Below the pieces are notes generated by a model, which saw nothing but the letters and a program-made list of their open reading frames with translations, had not been told where the DNA came from and did not search any database. A stretch of 49,460 bases of DNA from Patescibacteria group bacterium (GTDB lineage: Bacteria; Patescibacteriota; 4484-211). Location: NCBI GenBank assembly GCA_018824115.1, contig JAHJGY010000022.1:1-49460 (forward strand), read 5' to 3'. Made by a program: the position numbers and the translations under genes. Positions 45,320-49,460 of the stretch are shown here, in pieces; positions within the stretch are counted from its first letter, which is position 1; each line of letters opens with the position of its first letter.

Positions 45320-46453
45320 CTAACCACTCTTCCCTACCCTATCCTTTAACCACTTAACTGTTTTCGTTTGTCTAATCATAAATTTAATATACTCTCTTTG
45401 CTCTGGCTTTTCAAACTGTGCTTTCAACTTTTCATCACGGACTAGCTTAATCTCTCGGGAGACTTCTTCATCCTCAACGGCAACCTTTTGTTCATCGGCA
45501 ATCTGTTGGAGAATGAGTTCAATTTTAAGATTCTTTTCGATAACTTGCCGCCACTTCATTTTTATCTCCTCTAAAGTTTGTTTTCTTTGCTTAAGAAAGT
45601 CATCAAGACTCGTTTTTGTTCGCTCGAGTTGTTGGCGTAGCTGTTTTTCCTCACGTTCAAGCTGATCATTTATTAAACTTTCCGGGATGTCGAAAGAAGG
45701 ATTTTGGGCGATGAGGGTGTCGAAAATCTGCTGTTCGAGCATTTTCTCAGCATCTGCTCGTTTGGCCGACAAAAGAAGTTCTTTAACCTTTGCTTTCAGC
45801 GAATTTAAGTCTATTTCACCAATAATTTGAGCCCATTCGTCATCCGGGTGTGATTTCTCGATTTTGGCAAGTGTTTCCGCATTCTTCTGTTGGGCCTGTG
45901 TGGCTTTTTGTTCCGCTTCGGATAATGTAGTAGCGGTAGCAATCTCGTTTTCTTCCTTGACGGGTTGATTCCCCTTCCATTCAGTGAAGATATTCTGGAT
46001 AGCCTTTTCTATTTCACTTTCCTTAATCATTACCGAGGGTTTTGAAACGGGCAGATTCTCGTAATTCTCAAGTTTTATCTCGGGTCTGATCTCAACGGTG
46101 TACTCAATGCTAAAATCCTTAATTTGCGTTAATTCCTGAATATCCTTTTGGGAATCGGGTGATTTTGGGAGGGATACTTCTGGCCGGGAAACAGGCCAGA
46201 GATTGTGCTGTTTAATTGCTTCTCGGAATAAATCGGTAGCAAGAATGTCTAAAGCATCCATTGACAGTTTAGTATCGTTAATACGTTCCCGAACCATGTT
46301 CAATGGAGCTTTTCCTTTTCGGAAGCCGGGAATGTCAATCTGTTCGGACAATTGCCGTAAGGCTTTATTTACCGCTTCTTTAATCTCTTTTTGTGTTGGT
46401 TTAGCGGTAATTTTAACCTTGCTTTTCGGTAATTTCTCGACGCTAATAGCCAT
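45320..46453 (-). CDS. tig: trigger factor lacking the PPIase (FKBP) domain
   Basis: Ribosome-binding N-domain with GFRKGKAP, and C-terminal arm repeats. The region where the FKBP domain normally sits is about 50 aa of low-complexity sequence (EENEIATATTLSEAEQKATQAQQKNAETLAKIE). Confidence 0.9.
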   Translation of the reverse strand: MAISVEKLPKSKVKITAKPTQKEIKEAVNKALRQLSEQIDIPGFRKGKAPLNMVRERINDTKLSMDALDILATDLFREAIKQHNLWPVSRPEVSLPKSPDSQKDIQELTQIKDFSIEYTVEIRPEIKLENYENLPVSKPSVMIKESEIEKAIQNIFTEWKGNQPVKEENEIATATTLSEAEQKATQAQQKNAETLAKIEKSHPDDEWAQIIGEIDLNSLKAKVKELLLSAKRADAEKMLEQQIFDTLIAQNPSFDIPESLINDQLEREEKQLRQQLERTKTSLDDFLKQRKQTLEEIKMKWRQVIEKNLKIELILQQIADEQKVAVEDEEVSREIKLVRDEKLKAQFEKPEQREYIKFMIRQTKTVKWLKDRVGKSG

Positions 46454-46460
46454 AAAAGGG

Positions 46461-46469
46461 ATTATATCA
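46461..46469 (-). promoter_or_regulatory. extended -10 promoter (TGaTATAAT) for tig, 7 nt from the ATG
   Basis: The - strand reads ctgTGATATAATcccttttATG, and the -10 ends 7 nt before the A of the start codon at 46453. This implies a leaderless or near-leaderless mRNA. Confidence 0.45.
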
Positions 46470-46491
46470 CAGCCTCCTTTTAAAACGCCGG

Positions 46492-46513
46492 GCGTTTTAG
46501 AAGCGTTTTAGAA
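46492..46513 (+). repeat. perfect tandem 11-mer (gcgttttagaa x2) in the divergent promoter region
   Basis: 46492-46502 and 46503-46513 are identical. The first copy overlaps the 3' arm of the hairpin aaaacgcc/ggcgtttt (46482-46498). Confidence 0.85.
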
Positions 46514-46520
46514 GGGAAGT

Positions 46521-46529
46521 TGTTATAAT
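46521..46529 (+). promoter_or_regulatory. extended -10 promoter (TGtTATAAT) for the exonuclease-like gene
   Basis: TGT TATAAT at 46521-46529. GTG 46535 and ATG 46544 lie 6 and 15 nt downstream. Confidence 0.45.
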
Positions 46530-46534
46530 TACGG

Positions 46535-47143
46535 GTGAATACCATGGTGGACACTTTGGTGTTAGATATTGAAACAAAGAGATTAATTAGGGATATCGGT
46601 CGGGATCCGAGAAGAATGCCCGAACTAGGGGTTTCACTGATTGGTGTTTACAGTTATGAACGAGGTGAGTTTATTGTTTATCACGAAGATCAATTCCTGG
46701 AGTTGGAAGAGTTGTTAAAACAAGCAGGGCAAGTTGTGGGTTTTAATTTAAAGGGGTTTGATTACCCGGTTTTACAAGGGCATTTAGATTTTGATTTCAC
46801 AAAAATACAGACGGTAGACGTTATGGAGGACATTAGGCGAGTTATTAGTCGGAGGATTAGCTTAAACGAAGTTGCTGGAGCAACTTTGGGGGTGCAGAAA
46901 AGTGCAGATGGTTTGCAGGCGGTACGTTATTATCATGAAGGAAAATGGGAGGAGTTAGAAAAGTATTGTTTATCTGATGTGCGCATTACCCGGGATTTAT
47001 TTGATTTTGGCCGACGGAATAAGCATGTAAAAGTACCAGGGAGTTACGGGTTAGGCAGCAAGAACATTAGAGTGAATTGGCGCCTACTAGAAGCTGGGTT
47101 TTCTGGGTCTTTTTCCGACGCTTCTCAAGCTCCTCTATTTTAG
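46535..47143 (+). CDS. RNase H-fold DEDD-type 3'-5' exonuclease-like protein
   Basis: LVLDIET (Exo I), GFNLKGFDYPVL (Exo II) and YCLSDVRITRDLF (Exo III, Y-x3-D). The start is GTG 46535 or ATG 46544. Confidence 0.7.
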   Translation: MNTMVDTLVLDIETKRLIRDIGRDPRRMPELGVSLIGVYSYERGEFIVYHEDQFLELEELLKQAGQVVGFNLKGFDYPVLQGHLDFDFTKIQTVDVMEDIRRVISRRISLNEVAGATLGVQKSADGLQAVRYYHEGKWEELEKYCLSDVRITRDLFDFGRRNKHVKVPGSYGLGSKNIRVNWRLLEAGFSGSFSDASQAPLF

Positions 47144-47214
47144 GTCATGGACAACGACGGCACGATTGGTGGCTTGACCAAATTGTGTGATAAGATAGAT
47201 TTGATCTAATAGTA

Positions 47215-49179
47215 ATGTCCAAATGTAATTTCTCTGAGAAATTGCTGGCTATTTTTGTTAGTGCTTGCTGTTTACTTATCTTTTTCCTCTCATACACAAC
47301 TCCCCTCCCCTCTTCAACATTAAACCCGGCCTGGCATGAATACTATGATTTTGGATTGCTGGGCTTAGCTAACCAGATTTCTGATATTTATGTAGATACC
47401 AGTAATCCCGCGTTGATTTATGTGCTAAGTCAGAAGGGCTTTTACAAAAGTAGTGATTATGGGCACAATTTTACGCGCTTAATAAATGGAAAATTCGCAG
47501 GGAGAATTCTAACTATTGATGAGCAGAGGTTGGCCTTTTCCGCCTACGATGGGATTTATTACTCAACAAATGGTGGAGCGAGTTGGTTCCATCACTCCTT
47601 TGTTGGTTTAAGCGCTCCGGTATTTGGCCCATCGGAAGAGTATCTTTACTTTGGGCGTGTTTTTGGCCAGTGCTTGCCGCATCAGGGAATCTGTGGGATA
47701 TATCGGCTTAATCTAAATACACATCAGGTAGAGTATTTGCTTAATAAAGAGGCCAAACATCTGCTGTATATTCCCGAGCGGAACGCGCTGTTAGCTTATC
47801 ATGAAAATTTCTGGTGGACATCAGAAGACGCTGGGCAGAATTGGCAGGAACAGACTTTATCTGTGGGTGAGCCGGGCGAAAGGGTTTACTTTATAGGACT
47901 AGTACCCGATGTTGAAACGGGAACGATTTATGCTCTTACCCTATTCATAAATGCGCAAAATCAGCGATCAACTGGGCTAATCAAATCAGATGATAGCGGT
48001 TCCTCTTGGGTGATAATTAATCGGGAATTACTTCCTGGTGTTAATCCGTTGCGTTTGTACGCGGATAATGGCAAATTATACGTGCTAGCTGATCCGGGGA
48101 AAGGAATTTATGTTAGTGATAATGGCGGACTTAACTGGAGTGAGTTAAATAATGGGTTTTCGGAGAGTCAGATTCCGAGCGTGATGTCGTTGGGTTTTGG
48201 GGCGTCGGATTTTTACAATTGGGCAATTTATGCCGGAGATGCGTTGGGTAAAATATATCGGCTGGGTGCACAGCCAAAGGATGATCCGGTGATATATATA
48301 CACGGTTTAGGGGGGCATTTTACGGATTGGACTACAGGGAACAAATCAATGCACTTTGAGGCCTTGCGGGAAGCAGGTTATCCAGAACATTACCTAAACA
48401 CTTATGCTTACGCAGATGCAGATGGAAATCCAGACACATATGACAGCCAGGCAGATGTTAGACTGATTAGTGCAGATTTAGATGAACAGGTAAATACCCT
48501 TTCGCAATTATCTCTTGAGGAAGGTGGATCTGGTAAGGTTGACTTGGTTGGTTTCTCGCTTGGGGGTATCATTGCGCGTTACTACCTTAACCAGCATGGG
48601 GAGGAGAAAGTTGATGATCTGGTGACCATCGGAAGCCCGCATTTGGGGGCTGAAATTTTGCATTTTGAAGACTGGATTGAGATGATTCCTTGGTTTGGTG
48701 TTCCTTTGAGGAAGGCTTTTGGAATAGCTTTTCACAGTTTCTTTGACAGCGTTGGTTATACACCACCTGATCCAAACAGTCCTGCTGCACAACAGGTGAG
48801 GCCTTCAAGCCAATTCATTGAGGATTTGAATACAAGTACATATGTGTCCGTTGATGGATATACTGGAGCAGGAGATATCGATGTAAAGCTCAACTTCAGG
48901 TTCTTCTTTTGGGATTTAACGAGGAAATTCTCAATCGGAGATGGTCTCATGACCACAACCAGCGCGTCATCCCTACCTTGTTCAGATAAAATCAGTAGAG
49001 TATTCTCAGAGCCATCCTTCGTCGTTGCTAAACACACCATTCAGAATAGTATTGATATTGGATACAAATATCAGGTTGACTTAGTGACGACCGAAGATTT
49101 AAACTATTGGCACGGGATGCTGATAAGGCAATCGGATGTTGTTGAGTCTGTTATTAAATGGTTAACCCATGAATGGTAG
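47215..49179 (+). CDS. membrane-anchored BNR/Asp-box beta-propeller fused to a class-2-lipase-like alpha/beta hydrolase
   Basis: N-terminal TM helix. Five S-x-D-x-G-x-x-W/F Asp-boxes: SSDYGHNF, STNGGASW, SEDAGQNW, SDDSGSSW and SDNGGLNW. The C-terminal half has PVIYIHGLGGH, the nucleophile elbow VGFSLGG (GxSxG) and IGSPHLG. Confidence 0.8.
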   Translation: MSKCNFSEKLLAIFVSACCLLIFFLSYTTPLPSSTLNPAWHEYYDFGLLGLANQISDIYVDTSNPALIYVLSQKGFYKSSDYGHNFTRLINGKFAGRILTIDEQRLAFSAYDGIYYSTNGGASWFHHSFVGLSAPVFGPSEEYLYFGRVFGQCLPHQGICGIYRLNLNTHQVEYLLNKEAKHLLYIPERNALLAYHENFWWTSEDAGQNWQEQTLSVGEPGERVYFIGLVPDVETGTIYALTLFINAQNQRSTGLIKSDDSGSSWVIINRELLPGVNPLRLYADNGKLYVLADPGKGIYVSDNGGLNWSELNNGFSESQIPSVMSLGFGASDFYNWAIYAGDALGKIYRLGAQPKDDPVIYIHGLGGHFTDWTTGNKSMHFEALREAGYPEHYLNTYAYADADGNPDTYDSQADVRLISADLDEQVNTLSQLSLEEGGSGKVDLVGFSLGGIIARYYLNQHGEEKVDDLVTIGSPHLGAEILHFEDWIEMIPWFGVPLRKAFGIAFHSFFDSVGYTPPDPNSPAAQQVRPSSQFIEDLNTSTYVSVDGYTGAGDIDVKLNFRFFFWDLTRKFSIGDGLMTTTSASSLPCSDKISRVFSEPSFVVAKHTIQNSIDIGYKYQVDLVTTEDLNYWHGMLIRQSDVVESVIKWLTHEW

Positions 49180-49460
49180 ATTTCTTACTAGTGTCATTTG
49201 GACAATACTCACCCTATTCATAGTGGTTGGTTTGGCGTTCTTATGGGCAGTTATTTTTTCAATTGTATTAATTTTGTTGTTTAATATCTTGGTGTCTGTT
49301 TTTAATAAACAGTCAGCTGCTGAGGGGGAATTTGCCTTGGTGGCAGCGGGTATGTTCCTGGGCATTCTCTCAACACCCCTCTCCCTCCTCCCCTCTTACA
49401 AACTCTCCTTAAAACTCGCCGAATGGATAGAGAAAAAGTGGGGTGTTGCAGTAGATAATC
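49169..49460 (+). CDS. membrane protein, 5' partial (runs off the window)
   Basis: ATG at 49169 overlaps the preceding stop (cATGAATGGTAG). The frame is open to the window end: MNGRFLTSVIWTILTLFIVVGLAFLWAVIFSIVLILLFNILVSVFNK..., clearly TM-helical. It is absent from the ORF track, presumably because no stop lies in the window. Confidence 0.45.
   Translation, partial: MNGRFLTSVIWTILTLFIVVGLAFLWAVIFSIVLILLFNILVSVFNKQSAAEGEFALVAAGMFLGILSTPLSLLPSYKLSLKLAEWIEKKWGVAVDN

Noticed and set aside
45304-45327. 11-nt direct repeat gagctaaccac (45304-45314 within the tRNA-Val 5' end, 45317-45327 in the tig 3' end) as an integration-site scar
   Set aside because: Integrases normally duplicate tRNA 3' ends, not 5' ends. 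No integrase or foreign DNA is adjacent, and a short match like this can arise by chance or from a local duplication.
49162-49365. 67-aa - strand ORF at the right edge
   Set aside because: The + strand frame from ATG 49169 is open to the window end and encodes clear TM helices, with a start overlapping the preceding stop. The - strand ORF is its antisense shadow.
1-49460. Alternative genetic code (for example UGA recoding, as in some candidate phyla)
   Set aside because: TGA terminates well-supported genes at sensible C-termini (pheT at 38252-38254, PBP at 37082-37084, pilN at 19178-19180). Conserved genes contain no in-frame TGA.

Overview
The 49.5-kb window comes from a bacterium using the standard genetic code: TGA, TAA and TAG all end well-supported genes. 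It falls into three blocks.

(1) 1-17.4 kb, + strand except for one gene. This is an accessory cluster of secreted modular proteins. Five enzymes each end in a near-identical ~54-aa dockerin: two are right-handed beta-helix/lyase-like and three are clan GH-A-like TIM-barrel glycosidases, two of which carry a discoidin/CBM32-like or a CBM6-like module. A 939-aa scaffoldin-like protein has two [CBM-like + cohesin] units, a Pro/Thr linker, Ig/PKD-like modules and its own divergent dockerin. The cluster also has a cohesin-like module fused to a VirB2/TrbC-pilin-like membrane anchor, and two tiny paralogous membrane ORFs. Together this reads as a compact cellulosome-like cohesin-dockerin system.

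(2) 17.5-19.9 kb: pilM-pilN-pilO.

(3) 19.9-46.5 kb, mostly - strand housekeeping genes, in order:
- KH protein, rpsP, rnc, nusB, rpmF, rsmD, recG, a conserved hypothetical and a DMT transporter.
- An exported Memo-like protein, then an 1804-aa alpha-2-macroglobulin-family protein with a Hint (intein-like) domain exactly at the bait-region position.
- tyrS, a class A PBP (+ strand) and a sugar-1-P nucleotidyltransferase.
- pheT, pheS, rplT, rpmI, infC, and thrS preceded by a Thr(ACC) T-box leader.
- tRNA-Val(GAC) and a trigger factor lacking its PPIase domain.

The window ends with + strand genes for a DEDD exonuclease-like protein, a BNR-propeller/lipase fusion and a partial membrane protein.

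I recognised no rRNA, CRISPR array, transposase or integrase. Several traits are reminiscent of Patescibacteria/CPR genomes: PPIase-less tig, TGS-less thrS, a VirB2-like pilin anchor and near-leaderless promoters. That placement is inference only. All calls rest on motifs read by eye and hand-derived coordinates; no searches were run.
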